Below, in pieces: positions 17,778 to 26,321 of a DNA stretch of 53,987 nt; position 1 is the stretch's first letter, and each line of letters opens with the position of its first letter. The notes under the pieces are model-generated. The model had not been told where the DNA came from. It did not search any database and saw nothing but the letters and a program-made list of their open reading frames with translations. The DNA comes from a virus (Duplodnaviria; Caudoviricetes): the IMG/VR virus record IMGVR_UViG_3300046009_004608, positions 1 through 53,987 of that record; one strand, given 5' to 3'. A program made the position numbers and the translations under genes.

Positions 17778-18806
17778 ATGCTGACTAATTTCCCTAACGG
17801 GATTACTAGCTTCGGTGTGCCTGTTCTCGGAACCATTGGTGGCCTTCCGTTTACTGGAAACTACTATTTCGTAGACCCCGTAAATGGTGCTGATGGTAAC
17901 GATGGCACACCTGAACTACCGCTGAAGACTCTGTACGGAGCTTTGGCAAAGTGCACCGCTGGCAATAACGATGTCGTCGTCCTGATGGGCGATGGCAGCT
18001 CTGCCGGCTCTGCTCGACTGTCAACCGCTTTGGCTCAGACGATTGATTCTTCGGCAACCGCGGGAACCCTGAATTGGAACAAAAACGCCACGCACCTAAT
18101 CGGTGTGGCTGCTCCCACCATGGTGGCGCAGCGGGCGCGTATTGCTCCCCCGACGGGAACCTACACTGCTGCAACCTTTAACAGCGACGCTTTCATCAAT
18201 GTCACTGCCTCGGGTTGTTACTTTGCTAACCTGTCCGTTTTCTGTGGATTCTCCACAGGTTCGGCCAGCATGATTGCGTGGACCGATTCTGGTGGTCGTA
18301 ACGCATACAGCAACGTCAACATCTATGGCATGGCTGATGCAGCTTCTGCTGGCGGTGCAAACGCTCGTACCTTAAAACTCAATGGTGGTGGTGAGCACAC
18401 CTTCATCAATTGCGTTTTAGGTGGCGATACGATTGCCCGCAGTGCAGCAAATGCAACGGTTGAACTGGCCGGCGGAACGGCTCGCAACATTTTCGAAGGT
18501 TGCGTATTCCCGTTCCAAGCAAGTGCCGCAACTCCCATTGGACTGAAAGTTGGTGCTGCCTCTGGCATGGACCGTTACGCTCTGTTCAAGGGATGCTCGT
18601 TTATCAACAACGTTGGATCGACCTCCACAACCCTGAGTGCTTTTGCAACTCTGGCAGCTTCGGCTGGTGGCCAAGTCGTAATCCAAAACTCGTTGAGCTT
18701 GGGCATCACGGAGTTTGGCTCTGACGCCGCTTCCCTTGGTCAGATTTACGTCGATATGGCTGCGCCGAGTGCATCGGCTGGCGGTATCGCTGTGAATCCG
18801 AGCTAA
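17778..18806 (+). CDS. Beta-helix (pectin-lyase-like) head fibre/decoration protein
   Basis: YYFVDPVNGADGNDGTPELPLKTLYGALAKCTAGNNDVVVL cap motif followed by repeating xFxNCxF strands. Confidence 0.65.
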   Translation: MLTNFPNGITSFGVPVLGTIGGLPFTGNYYFVDPVNGADGNDGTPELPLKTLYGALAKCTAGNNDVVVLMGDGSSAGSARLSTALAQTIDSSATAGTLNWNKNATHLIGVAAPTMVAQRARIAPPTGTYTAATFNSDAFINVTASGCYFANLSVFCGFSTGSASMIAWTDSGGRNAYSNVNIYGMADAASAGGANARTLKLNGGGEHTFINCVLGGDTIARSAANATVELAGGTARNIFEGCVFPFQASAATPIGLKVGAASGMDRYALFKGCSFINNVGSTSTTLSAFATLAASAGGQVVIQNSLSLGITEFGSDAASLGQIYVDMAAPSASAGGIAVNPS

Positions 18807-18811
18807 CGAAT

Positions 18812-18833
18812 ACCCGGGGGGAAACCCTCGGGG
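18812..18833 (+). terminator. GNRA-capped hairpin (weak terminator or processing site)
   Basis: ACCCGGGGG-GAAA-CCCTCGGGT followed by TCT. Confidence 0.5.
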
Positions 18834-18854
18834 TTCTAACCTAAGGAGCCAGAT

Positions 18855-19877
18855 ATGGGTCAGTTTAAGCCGATGGTCAAGATGATGACTACGGAGCCCA
18901 CCGTTGAGCTAAAGCTCAAAAAGGGCGGTGCCGTCATGATGAAAAAAGGCGGCAAGGCAGTAAAGAAGATGGACGGTGGGGCTTTGGGAGCCATGTCCGG
19001 CACCCCGGCTTTAATCGGACGTCCTGCTGTAAACGCTCCAGTTCGCTCTCCGATGCGTCCTACGATGACTGCTCGCCGCAAGGCAATGGCAGTTCGTCCT
19101 ATGGGCCGCACTATGAAAGAGGGCGGAGAGACCGAAAAAGAGCACAAGGAAGAGGCCAAAAAAATGGCTTCGACCGAAAAGAAGCTGGAAAAACACGCTT
19201 CTATGCCGGCATCTAAAGCCCATAAAGGCTTAAAGACCGGCGGTGTTGCTAAAGGTCAGGGCGGTTATGCCACAGGTGGTGTGGTGTACGGGCAAGGTGG
19301 TTACAAGCACGGCGGCAAGATTAAGAAGTATGCCAAAGGCGGAATCATCACCGAGCAGGAGGGTTCAAGGGACGCAGGTCCCTATAAGAACACTCTGATG
19401 CACACTGCAAAACCTGATCACTCGCCTGCTAAAACAGGAGGTGTTCGTCTTGGTAATGCAGGTGGTTACAAATCAGGCGGTATGGCACAAGGTATGCAAA
19501 AACCTCAAAAAGAGCAGAAAGAACAGATGAAACAAAGTTACAAATCTGCTGATGACTCTTATAGGGAAGAAGGCAAGGGCTTTGCTTACAAGAAAGGTGG
19601 TGCCGCAAAAAAGTATGCTAATGGTGGGTCGGTAAATGACTCTGGTAAGGCGGTGAATATGCCGCAGGGCCAGAAGAAACCCTCCACACCAGTAAGCATC
19701 AATCAGCTTTCCGGAACCTTTAAAAACGGTGGCAAGGTTATGACTCCAGCGGAGAAGCGTCTGACAAAGACATTTGACAAGGAAAATGCCCCGGCAATGA
19801 AGGCTGCTAAGGCCGACAGTAATGAGGTCTACAGCAAATACGGAAAGATGAAAATGCGGTCCGGCGGTATGTGCTAA
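18855..19877 (+). CDS. Highly basic low-complexity protein with 12-14 xxxGG motifs (probable internal head protein or polyprotein)
   Basis: LKKGG, MKKGG, MKEGG, LKTGG, YATGG, YKHGG, YAKGG, YKSGG, YKKGG, YANGG, FKNGG, MRSGG; TAAGGAG RBS. Confidence 0.8.
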   Translation: MGQFKPMVKMMTTEPTVELKLKKGGAVMMKKGGKAVKKMDGGALGAMSGTPALIGRPAVNAPVRSPMRPTMTARRKAMAVRPMGRTMKEGGETEKEHKEEAKKMASTEKKLEKHASMPASKAHKGLKTGGVAKGQGGYATGGVVYGQGGYKHGGKIKKYAKGGIITEQEGSRDAGPYKNTLMHTAKPDHSPAKTGGVRLGNAGGYKSGGMAQGMQKPQKEQKEQMKQSYKSADDSYREEGKGFAYKKGGAAKKYANGGSVNDSGKAVNMPQGQKKPSTPVSINQLSGTFKNGGKVMTPAEKRLTKTFDKENAPAMKAAKADSNEVYSKYGKMKMRSGGMC

Positions 19878-19882
19878 ACAAG

Positions 19883-19908
19883 GTGGGGGCGCTAAGCCCC
19901 CGCTTTTT
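19883..19908 (+). terminator. Intrinsic terminator ending the head transcript
   Basis: GTGGGGGC-GCTAA-GCCCCCGC-TTTTT. Confidence 0.75.
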
Positions 19909-19920
19909 AAGGAACATAGA

Positions 19921-20226
19921 ATGAAACTTCAAACTGTTTCTCAAACCGGCGTAGGATCGACCACCCCGATTGTGATGAATACCAACACCACGCCTTTTAA
20001 TGTGGGCTTTGGTGTAGTCAAGTCTGGTACGGTCAACTATACGGTTCAACACACTTTTGATGATCCAGCGGTTGGATTTTCAACTTGGTTCCCTCACCCC
20101 ACAGTGGCGGCGGCGATTGCCAATGCAGACGGAAACTATGCTTTCCCTGTAACTGCGATTCGACTGACCATGAACTCTGGTGACGGCACCGCAACCCTGA
20201 AACTTATTCAGGCTGGAATTGCGTAA
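19921..20226 (+). CDS. Small beta-sandwich virion protein
   Basis: YTVQHTFDDP...PVTAIRL jelly-roll-like pattern. Confidence 0.7.
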   Translation: MKLQTVSQTGVGSTTPIVMNTNTTPFNVGFGVVKSGTVNYTVQHTFDDPAVGFSTWFPHPTVAAAIANADGNYAFPVTAIRLTMNSGDGTATLKLIQAGIA

Positions 20227-20450
20227 TGGCTGGTGGCGTCGGCTTTGAAGCGGTAGTTAATTTTGCTAACACCTATCCGGGTCTTGCCGATGGTGTAGTA
20301 GCTGACGCTAATAACGGGTATGGCAATGATGTAGGAGGGCAGTCGGTAATTGTCCGAGGCCCAGTTGCTGCAGGACCGTTTTACATCCTGATGGAAAATG
20401 CAGGGTATGTTCTTCAGGAAAATGACGACAAGATTGAGTTGGAGTCCTAA
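20226..20450 (+). CDS. Small virion protein with C-terminal YILMENAGYVLQE motif
   Basis: TAATG overlap; LxxE-G-xLxE motif seen in phage fibre-associated proteins. Confidence 0.65.
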   Translation: MAGGVGFEAVVNFANTYPGLADGVVADANNGYGNDVGGQSVIVRGPVAAGPFYILMENAGYVLQENDDKIELES

Positions 20451-21032
20451 ATGGCAGATACCAAGATTTCAGCAATGACCGCAGCGGCTCTTCCCTTAAC
20501 CGGGGCAGAGTTGGTTCCTATTGTTCAAAGCGGTGACAACAAAAAGACAACGGTTGGCGACATCATTGCTTATAACCAAGCGTATGGTGCATGGAGCGAT
20601 TCCACAGATCAAACAGGTAGCACTACTGCAGGAACTGCAATTACTTATAACACTCAAGATATTTCTGACGGTGTAACGCTTGTTGATAACAGCAAGTTAA
20701 CGGTGCCAAATACCGGAATCTACGATGTTCAATTTAGCGCACAATTTAAAAATATCTCAAATTCTCAGCAAATTGTGACGATTTGGGTCAAGGTTAATGG
20801 TTCAGATTTAGCAAACTCAGCAACAAACGTAACAATTCCAGCAAGAAAAAGTGCAGGAATTTTTGGTTATCAAGTTGCAGCTTGGAACTTTTTCTTTCAG
20901 CTTAATTCTGCTGATTATGTTGAGCTCTATTGGTTACCTGAGAGTTTAGATGTAACGCTTGAGCATTTGCCGTCAACTGCGCTACACCCGGCAATTCCGT
21001 CAATGTTGGTGACCGTTCAGCAGGTAGCCTAA
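20451..21032 (+). CDS. Short fibre/spike with C1q/BclA-like trimeric head
   Basis: N-terminal KISAM...VPIVQSG anchor; LTVPNTGIYDVQFSAQF...IWVKVNG...LNSADYVELYW C1q-like pattern. Confidence 0.7.
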   Translation: MADTKISAMTAAALPLTGAELVPIVQSGDNKKTTVGDIIAYNQAYGAWSDSTDQTGSTTAGTAITYNTQDISDGVTLVDNSKLTVPNTGIYDVQFSAQFKNISNSQQIVTIWVKVNGSDLANSATNVTIPARKSAGIFGYQVAAWNFFFQLNSADYVELYWLPESLDVTLEHLPSTALHPAIPSMLVTVQQVA

Positions 21033-21590
21033 ATGCCAGCTAAATCTAAGGCCCAATTTAGGCTCATGAAAGCGGCTGAGTACAACCCAAAGTTTGCCAA
21101 GAAGGTTGGAATCAAGCCTTCGGTGGCTGCTGAATATACCGAGTCTAACGTGGGCAAAAAGTCTTACGCCAAGCTGCCTGAGGCGATGAAACAAGGTGGT
21201 GTAGTTCATTCATTGAAAAAAGCAGGTTTTTATGAGCCGTCTAAAAATCAAGCTGAACGGTTAAAAATTGTTAACAAAGTAACGACCAAACCCCAACGGT
21301 TAAAAATAGTAGAAAAGTTGTTTTCGGATAAAAAATTAAAAAGTGGTGGTGATGTGTCTCTTGCCGTTGGTCGTGGTGAAAAACTGCCGGCAAGCCAAGG
21401 TGCTGGACTAACCGCTAAAGGCAGGGCTAAATACAACCGGGAGACCGGATCTAATTTGAAGGCACCGCAACCACAGGGAGGAAAGCGGCGTGATTCGTTC
21501 TGTGCTCGTATGGGGCCAGTGGCGGAAAAAAGCGAGCGGGGAAGTCGTTCCCGCGCATCAATGAAACGCTGGAATTGCCCGGGGTGGTAA
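21033..21590 (+). CDS. Basic tri-modular virion protein
   Basis: Modules MPAKSKAQFRLM.. / VVHSLKKAGFY.. / GLTAKGRAKYN...RRDSFCARM..WNC separated by MKQGG and LKSGG. Confidence 0.75.
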   Translation: MPAKSKAQFRLMKAAEYNPKFAKKVGIKPSVAAEYTESNVGKKSYAKLPEAMKQGGVVHSLKKAGFYEPSKNQAERLKIVNKVTTKPQRLKIVEKLFSDKKLKSGGDVSLAVGRGEKLPASQGAGLTAKGRAKYNRETGSNLKAPQPQGGKRRDSFCARMGPVAEKSERGSRSRASMKRWNCPGW

Positions 21591-22664
21591 ATGGCTTACT
21601 CAGGAACTGTTGGAACTACAGTAATTGATGTCCAAACGCTGATAGATCACGCCGCCCGCCGGTGCGGGAAACTGGCTGAAGAGTTAACGTCAGAGCAACA
21701 ACTATCTGCCCGTGAATCTTTATTTTTCGCTCTATCTGCCTTGGCCAATATTGGCATCAATTATTGGGCAATCAGCAAAAAGGTCTTCGGTTTAAAGGCA
21801 GACCAGTACATTTATCAGCTCCCGTTGGGCGCAATCGATGTATTAAACGCCCTTTACCGGACAATGAACCGTCCGAGCGGCGATTACGCAACCAGCGCAG
21901 GGGGGAATGTCAGCTTTGTCGCAGACTCCGATATTGACACTTATTGTCAGCAAACCTCAGCCAACGGAAACATCTCCGTCTTCTACGGAACCAATAACCC
22001 AATTTACGCAGGATCTATTGGTCTTCTGCCTTACGTTTCAGGTGGCGGTAGTGCTACTTGGTCCATTATTTATGAATATTCTGTGGACGGCACAACGTGG
22101 CAAACCCTTGAAGACTTAGGTCAGGTTGTTGTCACAGATAATCAATGGATTTGGACGGATGTAGATCCGGGTGAGACTGTAGAGTATTACCGTATTCGGG
22201 GATACAACGGCACGACTTTGGCTATTCGGGAGTGGTTCGTAGGAAACAATAGTCGAGAGATTACGATGGCCCGCCTAAATCGCGACGACTACACAAACCT
22301 ACCGAATAAGAACTTTACGGCCAATCAGCCCTATCAGTTTTGGTTTGACCGCACGATCCCCCAACCTTCAATCTATCTTTGGCCAACCCCATCAGATCCG
22401 TTTATTCAGATGACGGTATGGTATTCCCGTCAGATCATGGATGTAGGAGCGCTGACCGATGAGCTGGAAGTTCCGCAGCGTTGGTATGAGGCTGTGGTTA
22501 TGATTCTTGCCCACCGGATGGCCTTAGAGCTGCCGCAGGTTTCGCCAGACAGGATTGGTTATCTTGAGCGTATGGCCGATAAGTATCTCTTCGAGGCCGA
22601 ACAGGAAGAGCGGGATAAATCGCCAATTTACTGGGCGCCAAATATCAGCGTGTATACAAGATAA
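21591..22664 (+). CDS. Head-tail adaptor-like protein with an inserted jelly-roll (discoidin-like) domain
   Basis: LIDHAARRCG...LANIGINYW, YTNLPNK...PYQFWFDR...IYLWPTP adaptor motifs; insert YEYSVDGTTWQTL...YYRIR. Confidence 0.7.
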   Translation: MAYSGTVGTTVIDVQTLIDHAARRCGKLAEELTSEQQLSARESLFFALSALANIGINYWAISKKVFGLKADQYIYQLPLGAIDVLNALYRTMNRPSGDYATSAGGNVSFVADSDIDTYCQQTSANGNISVFYGTNNPIYAGSIGLLPYVSGGGSATWSIIYEYSVDGTTWQTLEDLGQVVVTDNQWIWTDVDPGETVEYYRIRGYNGTTLAIREWFVGNNSREITMARLNRDDYTNLPNKNFTANQPYQFWFDRTIPQPSIYLWPTPSDPFIQMTVWYSRQIMDVGALTDELEVPQRWYEAVVMILAHRMALELPQVSPDRIGYLERMADKYLFEAEQEERDKSPIYWAPNISVYTR

Positions 22665-23005
22665 TGCCTATTTTTCTTGACACTACCGGACTGACTTCTT
22701 TAGCAATCGGCATTTGTGACCGATGCAAGATGAAGCGAACCTATGTAAGCCTTGGAACCGATCCAAACTTTCCGGGGTTACGGGTGTGTGATCAAGGTTG
22801 TGCGGATCAGAAAGACCCTTACCGTTTGCCGGCCAGAAAGACTGAGCGGATTAACCTTCGCTTTCCTAGGCCGGATGTCAGCGTTGCCAATGTTCAGCCT
22901 GCCTTGCAAACTGGCGGTTATGGCCAGTTTTTAATTTCGACTCAAGGCAATCAGGATGACCCAGAAAACAACGGAAACCTAGACGTTATTAGCCCGAGTC
23001 CATAA
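22664..23005 (+). CDS. Cys4 zinc-finger virion-module protein
   Basis: AIGICDRCKMK...GLRVCDQGCADQKDP...FPRPD. Confidence 0.75.
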   Translation: MPIFLDTTGLTSLAIGICDRCKMKRTYVSLGTDPNFPGLRVCDQGCADQKDPYRLPARKTERINLRFPRPDVSVANVQPALQTGGYGQFLISTQGNQDDPENNGNLDVISPSP

Positions 23006-24915
23006 TGCCTTCAGCACAAGTCACTATTACCCAATTACCGGCTGCGGGCCCAATTACGGGCACCGAGTCAGTTCCTATCGTCCAAAACGGTCAGACAGTA
23101 CAAACAACAACGGGGGCGATTGCCGCCTCCCCAAGTCAGACTCAGACCTTTATTACAGTTAACCAAGAGCCGAGCCTAATCAATAGCCGGTCATTGTCTG
23201 TCGGGTCAGGTCTTACTCTTACCGATGGTGGCGCCCAGTCCACCATGCAGGTCAACCTATCGGGTGCGGTTGCTAGCCTAGATTCTTCAACCGTAGGGAT
23301 GCAGGCTAAGACTAACGCTTCAACCATGGTTGGCCGCACAATTACGGGGTCAACTGGAGTTTCAGTCACAAACGGTAACGGCGTAGCGGGAAACCCCACA
23401 ATCAGCCTTACAGGGACCGTAGGGGCTTTGGCTGGGCTTGCCGGAACCGGAATTCTAGGCATCGTTGGCGGCTCTACCGTCACCGCGGTCGATATCACTG
23501 GGACGACCAATGAGATCGATGTAGCTAACGGAACCGGCCCCGGAAACCCAACTATTGGGATTTCTGACAACCCTCGGATGCCCGGCACCGGAGGGATGCA
23601 GGTTCCGACCGGAACTACAGCTCAAAGGATCGGAAGCCCAGACGGGTCTATCCGATATAACACCGACACCGATCAATTTGAGGGATTAGTTAACGGCACT
23701 TGGCTTAACGCCTTAGGTGCGTCTGGCTTTTCCGGAATCAGTGGATTTTCAGGTTTTAGCGGTATATCGGGTTTTTCGGGATTTAGCGGATTTTCAGGAT
23801 TTTCTGGCTTTTCTGGACTTAGCGGTATATCAAGCACCTTTTATCCATACCGCACTAATACGGGAAGTACCTCTGGAGACCCCGGATCAGGCAAGCTGTT
23901 ATGGAATAACGGAACTCAGACAAGCGCAACACAAATCAATGTCAATCACATAACGGACGATGGCGTTGATATTGATGTCTTTTTGGCCCTGCTTGCCCAA
24001 ACAGAAAACTTCATCATTCAGGATCAAGCTAATAGCGCAAACTTTCAGAAGTGGTTGATTAGCGGGGCACCATCAAACGCAGGCACTTACTGGACTATTC
24101 CTTGTACGCTAGTTAATTCTGGAGGTACAGGTACAACTGGATTTGCAGACAACCTCGAAGTCATCCTTGCAGTCGTAAACGGTATCAGTGGTTTTTCCGG
24201 AACGAGCGGGTTTTCGGGATTCTCAGGAATTTCCGGCTTTAGCGGATTTTCAGGAACGAGCGGATTCAGCGGTTTTAGCGGATTTAGCGGCGAGTCTGGA
24301 TTTTCAGGTTTCAGCGGAATTTCAGGATTTTCGGGCAATAGCGGCACGTCTGGCTTTTCGGGCTTTAGCGGTTATTCCGGATTAGACGGAGTCGCTCAAA
24401 GCGGTGTTTCTGGATTTAGCGGATTTTCGGGAGAAAGCGGATTTTCTGGCTTTAGCGGAATCTCCGGCTTTTCAGGAACCTCTGGATTTTCCGGCGGTGA
24501 TGGCGCGTCCGGATTTAGCGGATTTAGTGGCACATCGGGTTTTAGTGGCGAGTCAGGATTTTCAGGGACGTCCGGCTTTAGTGGCGAATCGGGATTTAGC
24601 GGATTTTCCGGAATAAGTGGATTTTCTGGAATTTCGGGATTTTCAGGAGAATCTGGAACCTCAGGATTTAGCGGAACGTCCGGATTCAGCGGGGCCTCAG
24701 GAATTAGTGGTTTTTCGGGCTTCAGCGGCACATCGGGATTTTCGGGTGCGCCGCCAACCACAATTGATGTCGCTACGACTTCTACGACGCCGGTTTACCC
24801 TGTTTTAGTAGCTGGAACTACGGGAAGTCAGAGCGCGTTGACGGATTCGGATTTGAGCTACAACGCAACAACTAATGCGTTTTTGTCTGGGGTTCAGGGC
24901 GGAACATTCTCATGA
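23005..24915 (+). CDS. Fibre protein with collagen-like Gly-X-Ser repeats
   Basis: Two (G-F/I/T/E-S)n blocks; beta-rich N-terminal part; ends VQGGTFS. Confidence 0.8.
   Translation: MPSAQVTITQLPAAGPITGTESVPIVQNGQTVQTTTGAIAASPSQTQTFITVNQEPSLINSRSLSVGSGLTLTDGGAQSTMQVNLSGAVASLDSSTVGMQAKTNASTMVGRTITGSTGVSVTNGNGVAGNPTISLTGTVGALAGLAGTGILGIVGGSTVTAVDITGTTNEIDVANGTGPGNPTIGISDNPRMPGTGGMQVPTGTTAQRIGSPDGSIRYNTDTDQFEGLVNGTWLNALGASGFSGISGFSGFSGISGFSGFSGFSGFSGFSGLSGISSTFYPYRTNTGSTSGDPGSGKLLWNNGTQTSATQINVNHITDDGVDIDVFLALLAQTENFIIQDQANSANFQKWLISGAPSNAGTYWTIPCTLVNSGGTGTTGFADNLEVILAVVNGISGFSGTSGFSGFSGISGFSGFSGTSGFSGFSGFSGESGFSGFSGISGFSGNSGTSGFSGFSGYSGLDGVAQSGVSGFSGFSGESGFSGFSGISGFSGTSGFSGGDGASGFSGFSGTSGFSGESGFSGTSGFSGESGFSGFSGISGFSGISGFSGESGTSGFSGTSGFSGASGISGFSGFSGTSGFSGAPPTTIDVATTSTTPVYPVLVAGTTGSQSALTDSDLSYNATTNAFLSGVQGGTFS
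23721..23832 (+). repeat. Gly-X-Ser triplet block 1 (about 12 units)
   Basis: SGFSGISGFSGFSGISGFSGFSGFSGFSGFSGLSGIS. Confidence 0.9.
24181..24747 (+). repeat. Gly-X-Ser triplet block 2 (about 60 units, one interruption)
   Basis: GISGFSGTSGFS...; 9-bp DNA periodicity with synonymous codons scrambled. Confidence 0.9.
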
Positions 24916-26321
24916 AGTATTCCGTAGTCATCCCAACCTATAACCATTGCGACGACCTGCTGCGGCCGTGTCTTGAATCTATTTTCAAGTACACGGACAT
25001 GAGCGAGGTCGAAGTCTTGGTTTCGGCCAACGGATGTACGGACAATACCCGCTGGTATCTTGAGTCACTAAAAAATCAATTTACCCGAATAGGCTTTGGG
25101 GATCACTTTAAGGTTATTTGGAGTGACACTCCACTTGGATATCCGGTGGCCTGTAATGTGGCCATACGGCATTCGACCGCAGATAAGATTGTTTTGCTCA
25201 ATAACGACTGCGTTTTGATTGAGCAGGACAAAAATACTTGGCTAAACCTTCTTGATGCGCCTTTTGAAAGCCCAAAAACTGGCATTTCCTGCGTAGTTAA
25301 AAACCGTTGTGAGATCACTAACCGTGAATTTGCAATTTTTTTCTGCGTTATGGTGCATCGCAAGGTATTTGAGACCATTGGCCTCTTAAATCCGGAGTAT
25401 GGGGTTGGCGGATGTGAGGACATCGACTTCTGTATTGAGGCCGAAGAGGCTGGTTTTGAGGTCACCCAGTGCGGAAGCAAGTTTTGGGACGGAAAAACTT
25501 TCGTTGGCGAGATGCCGGTCTATCACAAGGGCGAGGGAACCGTTTACGACACGGCTCTAGTTCAGGACTGGGACAATAAATTCAGGCAAAACCAGCTCAA
25601 ACTGGCTCAAAAGTACAGCCCAGCCAAGGCCGCCCAGCTTTCTTTAGCTTGGATGGCAGAAAACGGGCCGGAGGCGGCAGAGCTTTACAAGGAGGTTGTC
25701 GTTGAGAACGTTTATCAAGTCTCGGAGGACCTTATTAAAGGCCGTCCGGTCATCGATATCGGTGCCAATGTGGGTACTTTTGCTATTTTGGCTGCTAGCC
25801 TTGGGGCCTCAAAGATCGTGGCTGCCGAGCCGGTTTCTGAGACCTATGATCGCTTGGTTCAAAACCTACAAAGGGCGAGTGCCAACGCCGTAGCGATGAA
25901 GGCAGCAGTCATGGATAAGGTTGGAACCGTAGAGATTGGGGTAAACCCGAAGAGTGGGCATAACAGTCTTTACAAGTCTGAGAGCGGATCTGAGTCCGTC
26001 CCCTCGGTTACCTTGGCTGATCTGCTTGAGCACGTTGAGGGCAATGACATATTCCTCAAAATGGACTGCGAGGGGGCTGAGTACGATATTTTGATGGCCG
26101 CCACCCAAGAGGAAATGGACCGTATTGGCCGGCTGGCTATTGAGATTCATGGTGATATGCACCCCAAATACAAGGGTTTGGAGACCCTTTGGAGCCGTTT
26201 AGAGGCCCTTGGCATGAAACTTGTAGACCGCAAGCAGATCGGGGCTTGGGATGTCGATTCTGAGGGCAGAATGGTCAATTACCGTGACCTTCCCCGGACT
26301 AATGAGATTTGGAGCCGGTGA
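24912..26321 (+). CDS. GT2 glycosyltransferase fused to FkbM-family methyltransferase
   Basis: YSVVIPTYN, LLNND, GGCEDIDFC (GT-A fold); VIDIGANVG, AAEPV, FLKMDCEGAEYDIL (FkbM). Confidence 0.9.
   Translation: MKYSVVIPTYNHCDDLLRPCLESIFKYTDMSEVEVLVSANGCTDNTRWYLESLKNQFTRIGFGDHFKVIWSDTPLGYPVACNVAIRHSTADKIVLLNNDCVLIEQDKNTWLNLLDAPFESPKTGISCVVKNRCEITNREFAIFFCVMVHRKVFETIGLLNPEYGVGGCEDIDFCIEAEEAGFEVTQCGSKFWDGKTFVGEMPVYHKGEGTVYDTALVQDWDNKFRQNQLKLAQKYSPAKAAQLSLAWMAENGPEAAELYKEVVVENVYQVSEDLIKGRPVIDIGANVGTFAILAASLGASKIVAAEPVSETYDRLVQNLQRASANAVAMKAAVMDKVGTVEIGVNPKSGHNSLYKSESGSESVPSVTLADLLEHVEGNDIFLKMDCEGAEYDILMAATQEEMDRIGRLAIEIHGDMHPKYKGLETLWSRLEALGMKLVDRKQIGAWDVDSEGRMVNYRDLPRTNEIWSR

Noticed and set aside
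20226-22664. Stop-codon read-through or recoding: four ORFs in one frame separated only by TAA-ATG
   Set aside because: TAA is the dominant, efficient stop genome-wide, each ORF starts with Met and has its own N-terminal motif, and no suppressor tRNA was seen; translational coupling suffices.
24087-24761. Minus-strand PEN/PLK repeat ORFs
   Set aside because: Antisense shadows of the Gly-X-Ser repeat; no RBS or operon context.
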